From Chrysomallon squamiferum (taxonomy: Eukaryota; Animalia; Mollusca), in contig CM022673.1 in assembly GCA_012295275.1 (NCBI GenBank), positions 18,166,001 through 18,230,000 of the forward strand: a stretch of 64,000 nt of DNA. Reading direction: 5' to 3'. Under the pieces are notes generated by a model. The model was not told the origin of the DNA and ran no database searches. It saw only the letters and a program-made list of their open reading frames with translations. Position numbers and translations under genes: made by a program. Positions 50,755 to 64,000 of this stretch are shown here, piece by piece. How positions within the stretch are numbered: position 1 is the stretch's first letter; the number at the start of each line of letters is the position of its first letter.

Positions 50755-52067
50755 GCTTATGATATGACATTTTTTCAAGCAGTATTCTCCTAAAGGGCAG
50801 AATAATAATTGTGGATGCTTTGAGTGACTCGCAACTGGACTATGATAAATGAGAAAGTCTATAAAGTCATTCTTCATTCCGGCAACTCGTACAAAGCGAC
50901 GCATTTGTTTGATTGTCAATTTCTTTACTTACAAGAATCAGTGCACACCCATAGAAATATTGTTTCACTGGTTTGAGTTATCTCTCATGAGTGAAGATAA
51001 ATGAATTACTTAGTGTTGACGAAATTGCTAAATCTGTGGTTTGTTGTGCTGCATTGTAGATAATGTTCCTGCTGGTAATTATAATGGTGGATTTGATAAT
51101 TGTTTGCATAGTTGTAGTGGTTTCAGTGATGATGACGTTGATGGTGTTAATAGTGACCAAGCCTTTGGTTTTATTGGTAAAGATGAATACACTGTGCTGC
51201 TGATGATGGGTTTAGTGGTACGGTAATATTGGTAACTGAGGTTAGAACAGTGATCGTTTCAGTAGAGATTGTAATAGATGTTTCTGTGATTTTAAAAACA
51301 ATGATTCGGATTGTTTCAGCGTGGGAATTTCAGTGGTGATAATAATTTTGGCTTCAGTGATAATGATCTTGATTATCTGTCCAAGTCAATATTAAATTAT
51401 AAAAATAAAGAACATGTTCCCAGTTAGTTAGTACTAGTAGCGGTAGCAATCAGCAAAAGGCCGCGATCCCGGTAATTTTGGTTCTGAAGATCGCCGACTA
51501 AACCTCAGCGCCACCAAGTCTAGTTATCTCTTGTCTGGACACAGGCGTCTATTTTCAGTTGTTTCCTGAAACAAATGTTTTAATCACTTATAAAGCAAAC
51601 TGTGTCAGGACCCGTGACACTTAATAAAAGCTGTGTTGGTATTGAATGACAGGACAGTAAGAGTTTTGTTATTAAGTTAAACAAACCATTATTCGTTTTT
51701 CGTAATCAATTGATAGAGGTTAATTATCTAACATTAAATAAGAGAGAACGAATGTTAATTGAATGTTTGTCTTGGGAATATAACCGAGCGCTGTGGGTAA
51801 AAGAAAATTAAGTTATAGTAACAAGTGAATTAAGACTATTTTCGCGGCCAGGGAATTCATATGGCTACGAAATATTAAATATAGAATCACGCGCTGCATT
51901 TTCAGTTACTAGTTTTTTTGATATGCAGAATGTAAAGTCGATAACGTTGTGTTATTTTTAACTTCCTGCCGCTAATAATAATAATAAGTAATAATAATAA
52001 TAAAATAATAGTAACCACAGCATCAACATCAACAATTACAATAATAGCATCAACAATAATAATAACA

Positions 52068-52133
<66 letters not shown>

Positions 52134-54060
52134 TTGATAAATAAATAAAGTGGCTTTGTATACCATTTGTTTTTATATTGTTACTTTTCTGGGATATTTT
52201 TACTGACAATATTTTACCTAGTAAAACTAGAGATTTATAGGTTATAATCTAAAACTGTTAATGAAGTTTTTCTATCTCTAAATTTATTCCCTGCTTTATT
52301 GACAAAGAGAATACAAATAAAAACTTCGAAGTCTTCTATTATTTTGTTTTTTCAGCTTTAGCCTTTTGATGGACAAAGAAGAATTTGCGCTCAAGGAAGA
52401 CCATTTATGTTGCACAAATATTTCCGCGTCAAATTAATAGGACATAAATAAATAAAGAAAATGTTCTTAATCATAGTCTCTCTTCAAATGTGATGTCACG
52501 AGAACCTAGGATTTTACTAGCAGATGAAATAACTTGATGTTTGCTGTCCAAACAAACCATTTTCCCAAACCGCGTATTTTACAAACGTCATTTTCTGAAT
52601 GCGCTCTAATAACGAAGAGGTTTTTCACGTTTTATATCACACTGCAAAACCTCCCTTTTCGACTTATTTGGTCTAAAATGAAAATGAAAAAAAGAAGAAA
52701 AAGACAGGAAAAGATGAGTTTTAAGCCGACTTGATTTTAATTTAGATCAGAGATTGAAGTGTTTATCAAAGCGCGCTCAAACAATTTTCTTAATGGACGA
52801 AGCAAGAAGATGTTTACCCACCCCCACCAAGTAAATAATCCAGAGAACTTGTCTTCTACGAAGTGACTATTTTTGTAATATCTAAAGACAAAAATTTTTT
52901 TTTTTAACGGAAGGAAAATTTAGTTTAAAACAAATTCAGCTTGACAGTCTCCTTAAAGATGACTCGTGTCGGACGAACAAAAATAATGTTAGTCTGAGGT
53001 AAAATAAATGTTGAAACAGAAAGACAGAAGAAAGAAGAAAAAATGAAGAAACGAAAAAAAAAAAAAAAGGAAAAAGAAGAAATATAAATTGACACATATA
53101 TTCTCTTTCCTTTTTATTTCACTTGGAATTAAATTTTGATAACAAAGATTACTACTACTATTGTTACTACATGTATTACTGCTACTACTTCTACTATTAC
53201 TACTACTACAGCTACAGCTACTACTACTACTGCTGCTACTGCTGCTACCACTACTGTTATTACTGCTACTATTAGTTAACATTATGTGTCTGCGCTGTGT
53301 AAGTAGTAATGTTATGGTGGTAGTAGGAGGAGCAAGAGGAGGTGTAGGAGTAGGAGCAGCGACAGATTTTGCTGCAAATGGCAGGACTATATTAACTATA
53401 ACAGTCTTGATTCTGCCTACATCTGTTTATCGCTTGATAAAATTATTTTCTGTGGGGGTGTTTAGTGCTGTTATTGTATAGCTATTACGTGTTAAAAAAA
53501 GAATTCAGGATCGACAGAAAACGCTTAAATTCTGTAGAACATGTTTTCAGATTATTTTCTGACGTCAGAAAAATAAAGAAGAAAAATACGAAAGTTTAAA
53601 TTCTGACGCACGAACATGCGCTCTTTGGATTTAAGGCTTCTCCGAGTTCTTTCTTGCAGAAGGTAATTTTCTCAAAAAATTGATTTGCTTACAACAAGTA
53701 AGATTTGTGTAAGCAACATGCCATGAGAACGGTAATCTACCAGCGAGGAAATTTAATAACAGCTGGAGACCTGACTTAAAGACTTTCCTGTCTCGGTCTT
53801 CGCTTGCAGAAATGTTATCCCTTTTGTTTCATCACTAATTCTCTACTCGCTGTTTTTCTGATTTACATTTCACTGCAAAGAAGAAAAAAAAAAAAAAAGA
53901 ATAAGAAAATTGAAAGAGAAAAGAAAAACAGATGAAGGATAAAAAGAAAAAGAAGAAAAAAAAACAAATAAGAAATACATTTTTTAATGATTGTCTTTTT
54001 TTTTGTTTTTTTCATTCTTTCTTTCTTTTTAAGAAAAAAACGTGCTCTGACAAGTAACAT

Positions 54061-54180
54061 CGAGGAAATTGAGCGCGCGGTACACCGGAAGTAAAGCTAT
54101 GCGTCATTCTGTGAAGTGGTCCGCCGAGGAAACGCGATGACGTACGTCTGTGGGATTCCAGGAACGTGGAAATGACTGCA
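54061..54180. promoter_or_regulatory. CpG-rich enhancer candidate (ETS, CRE/AP-1 half-sites, kB-like, STAT GAS)
   Basis: CCGGAAGT 54085-54092, TGCGTCA, ATGACGT, GGGATTCC 54152-54159 overlapping TTCCAGGAA 54156-54164. Confidence 0.45.
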
Positions 54181-54547
54181 CGGCTCTAAATAACAGCAGC
54201 CGTAATTTGAACCTTCCACGTAGATGTCCTGTTTAAACCATCTCGCAGTGAACAGTCTAATCTGCTGAGTTTTTTATTTACGTTTCCAGCAGTTCCCAGC
54301 AATTTCATTTCCAGAGCAATAATTTCTTCTTTTTTTCACTTCATCTTCATTTTTTTTTGTTTACGTTTTATTTGTTCTTGTCTTTGTCTATCTTTGTCTA
54401 ATAAAATTATATAGATATTCACTACTACTGCTGCTGCTGCTACTACTATTACTACTACTACTACTACTACTACTACTAATAATAATAATAACAACCATAG
54501 CAACACTATTAATAATAATACCACCACCACCACCACCACCAACAACG

Positions 54548-54610
<63 letters not shown>

Positions 54611-56549
54611 CCTTATAAATAATAGCAAAATATTGCCATGGTTAGTATATATCAGTGAAAACGATACAAGTGTAGCTTCTCGCACCACTACAACACCACT
54701 AACAACATCAATATAAGAAAAGAAACTACACCACAGAATAGGAACAACATTTTGTTTATTCCATAGGATACCAATTCACCCTAGTTTCTAAACAGTTTCA
54801 GAAGATTCTGTTTATATATTAATATACTTTACACAACCTTAGTACATTTGTCGTAATTACCGAATTACTCCTAATTATATTCTTTGTCTTATTATTATTA
54901 TTATTGTTATAATTATTGTTATTGTTGTTGTTGTTGTTATTATTATTATTATTACTGTTATTACTCTAATTGTTATTATCATTATTATTATGTTGTTGTT
55001 GTTGTATATCTTGTATAAAATACAAGCTTTATTTTATTAGTCACTTATAAAGAGAAATATATAGTTATCAATATTCGTTTGTGTAATTCTGTTAAAAATA
55101 AAAATCCAAGAGTTAATATATTTCTTGATTTAGATTTCTTTTCTAGAACGTATTTTGGTTTCAGCTCTAAAAGGAACTTAAAAGATGAACATGATCGTCT
55201 TTTTCAGCTTCTGTTCAAGAAAAGATAACTCCAGATACTTATATAGCTATTCCATTTCAGCTAACTTGAAGGTTAGAAAATAAATAAGGACACCATGTTA
55301 ATGACCTTGACTTTTTTCGGAGATTCTGCGATTAAAACAATGTGAGCTGAGCATGCGCTGTAGACTAGAACACGAGTTCGTCGCACTTACGAGATAATTA
55401 TGGGATTAATGGCGTCCTGAATGGTGTTTGTAAGACTGTTGAGCACATTTAATGAAATACTGAGAAAATTTCTCAGCTAATTATCCTCTTCGCTGTGTAT
55501 CCACAATCAACAGCTGAGTAATTATCTCTAATCTTCCTCGTTTTCTTAGTAACAAACATTATTATTGCTTATTGATTGGACAAAACATTATTTTTTCTTG
55601 TCTTGAAAGGAAGTTGAGCCAGATGTTCCTTCCTTTTTCATTAACACTCTGTCACATTTGTGGCAAATTATAAAATAACCTTGTCGTCATCATCATCATT
55701 TGCGTAACACAGTTATATATCTAAAAATATATATTTTTCTTCTTTTTCACTTTTTTCATCGTTAATATCCTCACAAAATGATGTTTCTTTTTTATTTTTC
55801 TTCATCATCTTCATAATTTTATCATCTATATATACCTTTTTCGTTATTTTATTTTACTTTAAAAGCTCTAAAAATCTGCTTACACTATCTCAATCAAAAA
55901 ATAACAGTGCACACTTGATATAAATCTAGCAAGAAGTGAATAGTAATCAGGGTTTAGACAGTACCTAAATGAAAAAACTATAATAAGACGCACTCTACCA
56001 ACTATAACAATATTTCCAAACTATACCAGCACGTGTTCAAACGTTTTCTTTCTAAATTAGGCTATATACCGAAACCCATATCGCATTTTAACACTAAGTA
56101 ATTTGGTTCAAAAATTAGAAACACAACTATCGAATTAAATTTCGCCTCCAAACTCTCTCTTTGTTCCTTCATTCCAGTATCAAGTGGTGAATTATCACCT
56201 TATTTCTGTGTATGGTTTGTGGCTGTTTTACCTGTAAAAATAAAGCTGCCAGGATTCAGGATACAGTCTCAGTGCAAGGATACAGGTTGTGTCCACGAGT
56301 GGCTTGCTTGGTTAATTCTGAATGTGAAGAATATACAGGTCTTTAGTGAACACACTTTAATTAAATACGAAGATGGTCAATATACATACTTTGAAATATA
56401 CGTAAAAAATACAAAGATTTACGTACGTATACAAAGATAATGAAAGCTTATGATACTGTAATGTTGTTGTGTTGACAATAGATGATATCAGTGTGGTTTC
56501 TTTTTGTTAATCATTATTAAAATTTTACATTATCTTAACGACATTGATA

Positions 56550-57740
56550 CTTTAGTGATGTTGGTAAATAATGGTTTAGTTTGATCATGATACACTGTTA
56601 AGGAAAAGAAAAGTTTAATAAATATGCAGCATGCAGTATTAGAAGTGTCTCAGGTCTGTGTTTATCTGTTTGTGTTTTACATACACTTACTTGATGAAAG
56701 AATCTCAGTAATCTTTCTCTATTTTTATGCTGAAAACTCTTTTAATGTTATCTTTTTATAAGAATCCAAACATAAATATTTCATTATCTTTTTTCGTTTT
56801 ATGTACTTTGAAGATCAAGACTTCTTATTTTAATACAGGAAATAAAACGGTATTGAATAGAAAACAGATATTGAAATTGAGTCTGGAACGTACATTATGG
56901 TGAACGATAGAACTGAAGAAAAAACAACATTGTAATGAAGAAACATTACAAGCTATTTAAACTTGGAACGTCTGTCAGTAGAGAAAGACTAACGATATTC
57001 TAACCAAGACAGAATGATTTAAGTTGCTAATTATTGTCAAACACTCCTGTCTTAAAGAAACCATATCTACCCAAAACAACGTAAGGCTAACTTTGAAATA
57101 ACCTAGCTTCGAACTGAGTTTAACTATTTGTATTCTGAATGAATAGACTTTACATCTACTGACTCCAGTAGGATGAGGCACCAGGATTAGAGAGAACTAC
57201 ATCCTCGTCTTTATCACAACGTTTTGCCGCAATATTGCGAAGTGGAAAGACTCTGCAAGTCTTTGAATTCAGAACAGAGCATGTCTTTCATTCTGCGATT
57301 GAGAATTTTTCTCTTTCTATTTGCACACGTTCTGTTATCTGTCCAAAACACAAGTGACTCTTTGCTTTATTCTTTTACAGCGGACAACTTTACACTTGAA
57401 CAGTCTTGTTTGAGAGTTTTCCATTAACTAATTCCTCCTGTATCTGACTGCCTTTTAACAGTCACTGTAGCAGCACCGCACAGAAAGCAAGATGGCGCCG
57501 CTGTGACAGTTTCTCGTCTGAATACCAGTGGCGTCTCGCGCTCGTTTTCACAACCAAGATGAACAATAAAACGAAAGAACTTTTCTCTTTTAAGGTTGCA
57601 GAAAGATATTATTTATTATTTTATTTATTTACTTACTTTTTTTACTTACTTACTTAATTATTTATTATTATATTTTAATTGTTTGATTTTTATAATAAGT
57701 TGTTATTTTTAAAAACAACAACAGCAACAACAACAAAAAC

Positions 57741-57800
<60 letters not shown>

Positions 57801-59613
57801 TAAAACAAATAGTAACAATCACCAAGAACACATAGACTAGATTCCCACTGGGAAGCTGTCATTTTTTTCAGTAGTTTACGTAATTACCTTGATGGCTAAC
57901 ACAAATTTTAATATTATCTTCTTCTTTTTTCCTAAAATGACAAAATAATTGTAAAATATTAATATAGGATTAACATAGCATGACAGGTAATTTCCTGAGG
58001 CTGTTAAAATTTGGAAAAAAAATAGAAAAGGACAAAATTATCTCAACAGAAATGACAAATTTTGAACATTATTTTATGCAGAAATTCACACATGTAACAT
58101 GATGTAAAAAACGATCTAACAGAAGTGATACAGGAAGTATCTTTAGCTCTGGTAAACTGCTACGTTAGAATGTTTAACTGTCAAAAAAAAAAATAAATAA
58201 ATAACTCACACACATATACACAAAAAACCCCGCCTAAAAACTAAAAAGCAACAACAAATAAATATTACAATAAATTTATTATTTTACAATCACCTCTTTT
58301 CTATAATAATAGTGAATCGTAAGAGATTTTGCGGATCATGTTTAACCAGGCTCGGTTCAGACTAATAAGAAATATTAACGCGGGCCAGTGGTTCATCCTA
58401 ACATGGTTTTCCTAGATTGAAAACACCAATTTAGGTCAGTGTTTCAATCACCCGTTGCTACTCGATTAAAAATATATTATTGTTGTTACAACAGGGCAGA
58501 CGAAGAGCCCAGACTGGTCGCCTGTGTGGGCAGTGAACTGGACATTCATTTTCTGCACGTGACAACTCTCGAGCAGAGACCAGTTATTACTTGAGGTATT
58601 TTAAAGTGTGCACGAGACGTAGTAGTTTTCCAGACAAAGGTTCTCACTGCTTCTTCACAGTTCTCAGAATTAACAGCAGTGCGGTGATCTTGGCAGCACT
58701 TGCTTATTTTATCTTCCTTCCAGTCTGTGAGTGATGGTGTCTCCCTGCCCGACTGCACTCAGTTAGACACGTGACCAAGGCTTACAGACTGCACTTGCAT
58801 TTGAATATCTCCACTAGATGTACTTCTGTACAAAACAAAATCAATTGCAATGTGTTCTATCACTACTACTACTACTACTGCTGCTGCTACTACTGTTTTT
58901 ATTACTTCTGCTACTGCTGCTGCTACTATTAATACTAGTATTATTACTAATTATACCACTGATGGTATTACTACTACTACTATTGCTACTATTACTGCTG
59001 CTACTTTTACTACCATTACGTATTTTTTGCTTTGCTTTGGTCAAACCATGTCATTGATCAAATCTTACACATGTTCTAGTGTGATATTCTCAGTAAACCA
59101 ATTTTAACCATTTGTCGACGTGTGCCAAGAAAGGCGTACTTCACTAGAAAAAAAAATCATGTTTTAAACAATGCTGTTAGATCTGTAAAGAATAAAGAAC
59201 AAATCATAAACATTTTTCAGTAAACTATTTTATATATCTGTAAAATATAACAATGTTCCTCCACTTAAAAATCCAATATCTCTTTTCTTTTCAATACACT
59301 TTTATATCCTGTATTAAAAATATGAAGTCTTGATCTTCAAAGTACAAAAAAAGAGAAAAAAAGATCATGAAATATTTATGTTTGGATTTTTATACAAAGT
59401 ATAACATCAAAAGAGTTTTCAACATAAAAACACAGAAAGATTACTGCGATTCTTTCATGAAGTAAGTTTATGGAAAGAGTTTGAAAAGTGAAATACAGAC
59501 CGACACAGACCTGATACACTTCTAACACTGCATGTTACGTATATGTTAAACTTTCTTTTTCTTAACAGTGTATCATGATCAAAGAAAACCATTATCTACC
59601 AGCATCACTAAAG
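56550..59613. mobile_element. Non-autonomous long-TIR DNA element (Mutator/MULE-like), ~3.06 kb
   Basis: 56550-~56873 is the reverse complement of ~59274-59613 (roughly 80% identity by eye; e.g. tgtactttgaagatcaagacttc vs gaagtcttgatcttcaaagtaca); flanks gacattgata (56540-56549) and cactttgata (59614-59623) match at 8/10 positions as a decayed TSD. Confidence 0.7.
57470..57545. promoter_or_regulatory. CpG islet with YY1 motif
   Basis: CAAGATGGCG at 57488-57497 followed by gtggcgtctcgcgctcg. Confidence 0.45.
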
Positions 59614-60534
59614 CACTTTGATAAACTTCTTGTTATCGTGTGATTAATAATCAAACACTGAATATTTCTCACTGACAGTGTTTAGTGTAAACTGACGACA
59701 CTCAGCTATTAGATACGGAATATTTATTATTTACACTTTGATACAGAACTGACAGGACAGGACGTTCCATTGTATTTGATGAAACGTTAAGTGACCCTCT
59801 GTCTACTTTTGTTTGGAATAAAGCACATTACTAGTGATACTAGCAGAAAAGAAGCACTGATTTCAATAATTACAATGTATTAAAACTTTAATGAAATACT
59901 GAACTATTTTATTTTAATATGAAATTAGTGTTGTCGGAAATTTTGAGTATATTTCAATCCGACTACCGAAAATAAGAAAAACAATATTTATGACTATTAA
60001 GATATGTTGAGGTAATTTAAATATTCATTCTTTCATACATTTATTCATTCTTTCATTCATTCACCAGGAAGTTTTAAGTAAATCTACGTGGTATTTATAG
60101 AAAAGGAAAAGCTGTTACCTTAATTATTTTGATATTATTACTTGTAATTTAAAAATTACATCAAATTACACACACACAATTACCAGTTTGATCTGAATTA
60201 GGAAATCTCTGTAAACAAGATTATTTTTGAAGACTCTTTATTTAGATGCTAATTTTTAAAAAGTTATTGATTTCTTCTCAAACAACTTAATGGTCAGTGT
60301 TTCTAAGAGACCTATAAATATCTCCGCATCTCTTCACTAGCGATTCATGATTACAATTTAACAGTGGACTGAACATAACAGTCTGAAATCAATGTGCGTT
60401 CACTTATCACAGTATCGGTCATCTGATTAGATCATTAATCTAAACATGTACATGCTGGGATCGAATCATGTTACGTGCTTGTAAGCAGAACTAACTGAGC
60501 GGTGTTATCTTGTCTTAATAACTAATCATCTAAC

Positions 60535-60702
60535 AGACTAACACTATCTGACACACTAACACACTAACACTAATATTATCATATTAATGTTATTACACAA
60601 ATATTATCTCACTAACACTAACACATTAATCCTTTAACACACATCCACTAAAACTAACAAACTAACACTCAAACACACCAACACTAACACAGTAACACTA
60701 AA
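60535..60702. repeat. Degenerate (TAACAC)n repeat
   Basis: Multiple ctaacac units. Confidence 0.8.
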
Positions 60703-61124
60703 AGAGTTTTGAATAAATAACTTTACTTCGTTCTTTTTGTTGTTGTTTTTCAGCCGTGGTTGAATTCATAGTGTTGCAAGCACTTTTCAGATTACTGACT
60801 CAGTAATTTTAGAATTTTTTTTAAAATATAGGATTGGATTCTGAAGAATTTTCTGTTTCAGGTGATTGATTTTCAAAAAAGAAGAAGCCAGTGATATGTA
60901 TGACGTCGTCTTATATTTCGCATTTTATAACTTTATCTGCTACGTATCAAAGTGCTTTTAGTAAGAAAACGACCAATAAAAAGGGAAATTTATAAACCGG
61001 TAACTGCATTTGAAATGATGATAAATGGAGGAATTCTTATGCGAGCCATAGCAATATTTTATCTTGTACAGCGAAATTTTATAGAAATTAACGACATCAG
61101 TTACAGTAAAATAAAAAAAAAAAA

Positions 61125-61193
<69 letters not shown>

Positions 61194-64000
61194 AAGAAGA
61201 AGAACAAGAACAACAACAACAACAACAACAACAACAAAAAAAATATAACAGCTACTACAACAAAGACAAGAAGGAAAAGAAAAGGACAAGAAACCGATCA
61301 CTAAAACTAAGAGAAATAAAATAATTAAATTATTTTTGTAATGTAAATAAATAGAAGTTTCAAAATCAATTAAAGAACGAATAAAAGACTAAGAGAATGA
61401 ATGAAGAAAAAAAAAAGATTAATACAAAAATGAGGATTGTCACTGACATTTAAAGTTGAAGCTTGTCCTGAAGCAAAACCTCAGAAGGAGTCCATGGCTT
61501 GAGTAAAACATCTATCAAATGTCAAAAACCCGGTACTTTTTTTTCTCATAAAACTTTTTTTCTCAAGATGTTTTTGTTTGTTTTTTTGGTTCGAAAGCCT
61601 CAGTTACTGAAGTTTTGATGAAATGTCAGATAGCTAGATGGGATTACAAACAGATTTCTAAAGAATTCATCATTGGTCGTACACACATGATCGAGTGCTA
61701 TTACAAAGAAACACACATAAATGGCGGGTTTCCTTTTCAGAATACAGTGATTGAAAATGAAGTCAGATGTCAGAGAAATGAATTGAAGAGGAAAAAGAAG
61801 TAGAATCCACCTTGATTACTGCTGTACAGGGAAATGGAGTGAATATCCATCTCTTAGAAATAGAAGAATATATTTTAGAAAGAAAAATTAGAGAAAAAAG
61901 TTTGAGAGGTTTAGTAAAATATTGAAAGAGGTGAAGGTTTTATTGAGCAGGACTTGCACAAATAAATCTTTTTCTTCGACATTTCCTTCTTGATCTTTTT
62001 CATCATCTTCACCATTATCATCATCGTCATCATCATTATCTTCTTATTTTTTATTATTTTTATTTTTCTGAATGTTTTCCCCATTTTTCTTTTTTTTCTT
62101 TTTAAATCGTGTTGTTTGCATATTATAATAAATTATTTTAATTTGTATTTTTATTTCCTTTTTAAATATTTTTTTATTACTTTTTTGCTTGTTTTCTTAT
62201 TTTTTGTCTCTAAATATTTATTGTATTGCTAATTAAAACAGTTAATAAGACAAAGCGATTGCCATGCAAATATTATTTTAATAATGAGTAATCTATAAAA
62301 AAATGCCCTTCTTTAGCAATAAAACCTGAAATTTAAAATCAGATTTGTATGCATATGTGTGAGTGTCTAGATGTAATATATGTAAGTTTGTTTATGCAGT
62401 CCTCAGACATTGTAATTAATTCACATTCCAGTTATCTTCACAGACAGTCAAATATTTAGGTGTATCTAAAAAAAAAAATTAAAAAAATTATGTAGATAAA
62501 TAAACAACATTAACAACAACAACAAACAACAACAACAACAACAACAACAATAATAATAGCAATAAAATTAAAATTGCAGTTATTTATTATAATTATAGTT
62601 ACATTACTGTCTTTGTACGAATTCAAAATAAAAATAAAAAAAGGAAGAAATTGTTTGACTAAACTGCACTCAATACATTTCAAGATGCAGTGGTTGAGAT
62701 ATAACAAGATACGAAACAAGCTGTCGTTTCTTTAGCGGCGACAATGGATGGTTCTGAGCAGCGACAATGGATTTTTCTTATGCACAGTCAAGAATGACTG
62801 ATGACATTGATTTTGTGTGTTAACTATCAGAATCTAACTAATCTGTGTGAATTAAAACCTAGTTTTATTCAGAGTAGAGATTAAAAACAAACAGTATGAT
62901 AGTTTATAACAGCTCTTGCTGGCTTTGGTAAAAGGAATCACTAATTTAACATCTGAGATGAGTTGACTTGTCTCACTCTGTCACTTTCGTTTCGCGATTA
63001 AACTCTGTTTATGTCCGGGGCCATGTTCCCGTCCATAAAACTCACATTGTGTGAAAAGTGAACGAGACCTGAGAGACGTGGGTGCAGAGTGTTTCAAACG
63101 TAATTAAATCATTTGATATAGGCGAAAACATACAGGAATGCAAGCTTAAATGCTCCTGTGGTAAATTATTGTGTTAAGAATGGAAGGAATCGGGATCAAA
63201 TCACAGAATCGCCTGCTCTCCTGAGATAATTACGAAAGAATGCTATTTATTTATTTAATTATCATACTCACTCCTTTACTGCGTGTTATGAGATTCCAAA
63301 TCACTGATAGGAATCCAATTAGATTTCATTTTTTTACTTATTGTTCTCATTTACTTGCTGAAATAACTGTAAATAAATGAGTAAATACGTACAGTAGCTC
63401 GACCTATTTCACTGCCCACTTTATTAGATTTCAGGTATTTAGAATTTGTAAAATGAAAGTATTTCTATCTGTAGTGTAATTATTGTTTAACTGTTCTGGT
63501 TATTGGTTATTGTCTACGATCATTAACTTTTTAATATATCTTTGTTATCAAACATAAACTGGACATACAGATTGTGACATTTTGACCGAGCGGTTATAAA
63601 CTGCCATTGTATTTGCAAAGTAATTGAATTGCTTATTAATGATTTTTAAAAATAGAAAAACAAAACAATAAAATTGCGTTCCGATCAATCATTTATCCGA
63701 TATTCTTTACATTTTATTTAATCGTTATTCGTCGGCCTTATACTTCACTGTTATTCTGTATCATTATACTTTGCCGTTCTTTACAGCTTTTCTTCACTGT
63801 TTATCTTACGTGCAACAGAAAAACGATTATTTCTCGCTTTGTTACACACAGATTAATAACATCCAGTGAAAGTGGACTGTAAAGTAAACGTATCTGTTTG
63901 TGCAAAACTTAGTGCGTATCACTTCGTATCATTATTCTGTAAAGGTGTATCGATACTAGATACATCAATAGAAGGCATAAGAATAAAAACAGAACTTTAT

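Noticed and set aside
58546-58758. 70-aa minus-strand ORF inside the long-TIR element
   Set aside because: No transposase or other recognisable motifs; cannot be supported as a CDS
60450-60475. gctgggatcgaa, a reverse B-box-like sequence (similar at ~63190 and an A-box-like at ~48710)
   Set aside because: No cloverleaf or properly spaced A/B boxes; at most decayed SINE heads, so no tRNA is called
62733-62773. Short direct duplication (gcgacaatggat x2)
   Set aside because: Simple local slippage duplication with no further structure

Overview
AT-rich, microsatellite-dense eukaryotic DNA with GT-AG spliced genes; the style suggests an invertebrate animal, possibly a mollusc (inference). I reconstructed two minus-strand genes by hand. 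(1) A type II membrane M1 zinc aminopeptidase (aminopeptidase N-like): 12 exons from ATG 8744 to 159, running off the left edge, with intact GAMEN and HExxH-x18-E motifs but unusual substrate-pocket residues. (2) A complete 23-exon, 892-aa gene (35099-17196) with a striking architecture: UBA, coiled coil, UBX with R...FPR, two SHP boxes, an Elongin BC-box plus Cul2-box-like motif, and about 15 LRRs. It looks like a p97/VCP cofactor fused to a cullin-RING substrate receptor, and is the best candidate for an undescribed system here. Its introns hold a decayed transposase relic and three donor-proximal minisatellites. From 36 kb to 64 kb I found no recognisable coding sequence. That stretch has a CpG-rich divergent promoter candidate, several TF-motif clusters, and a 3.06-kb element with ~330-bp terminal inverted repeats, a decayed 10-bp TSD and a promoter-like interior (MULE/Pack-MULE-like). 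Most ORFs in the supplied track are simple-repeat artefacts.
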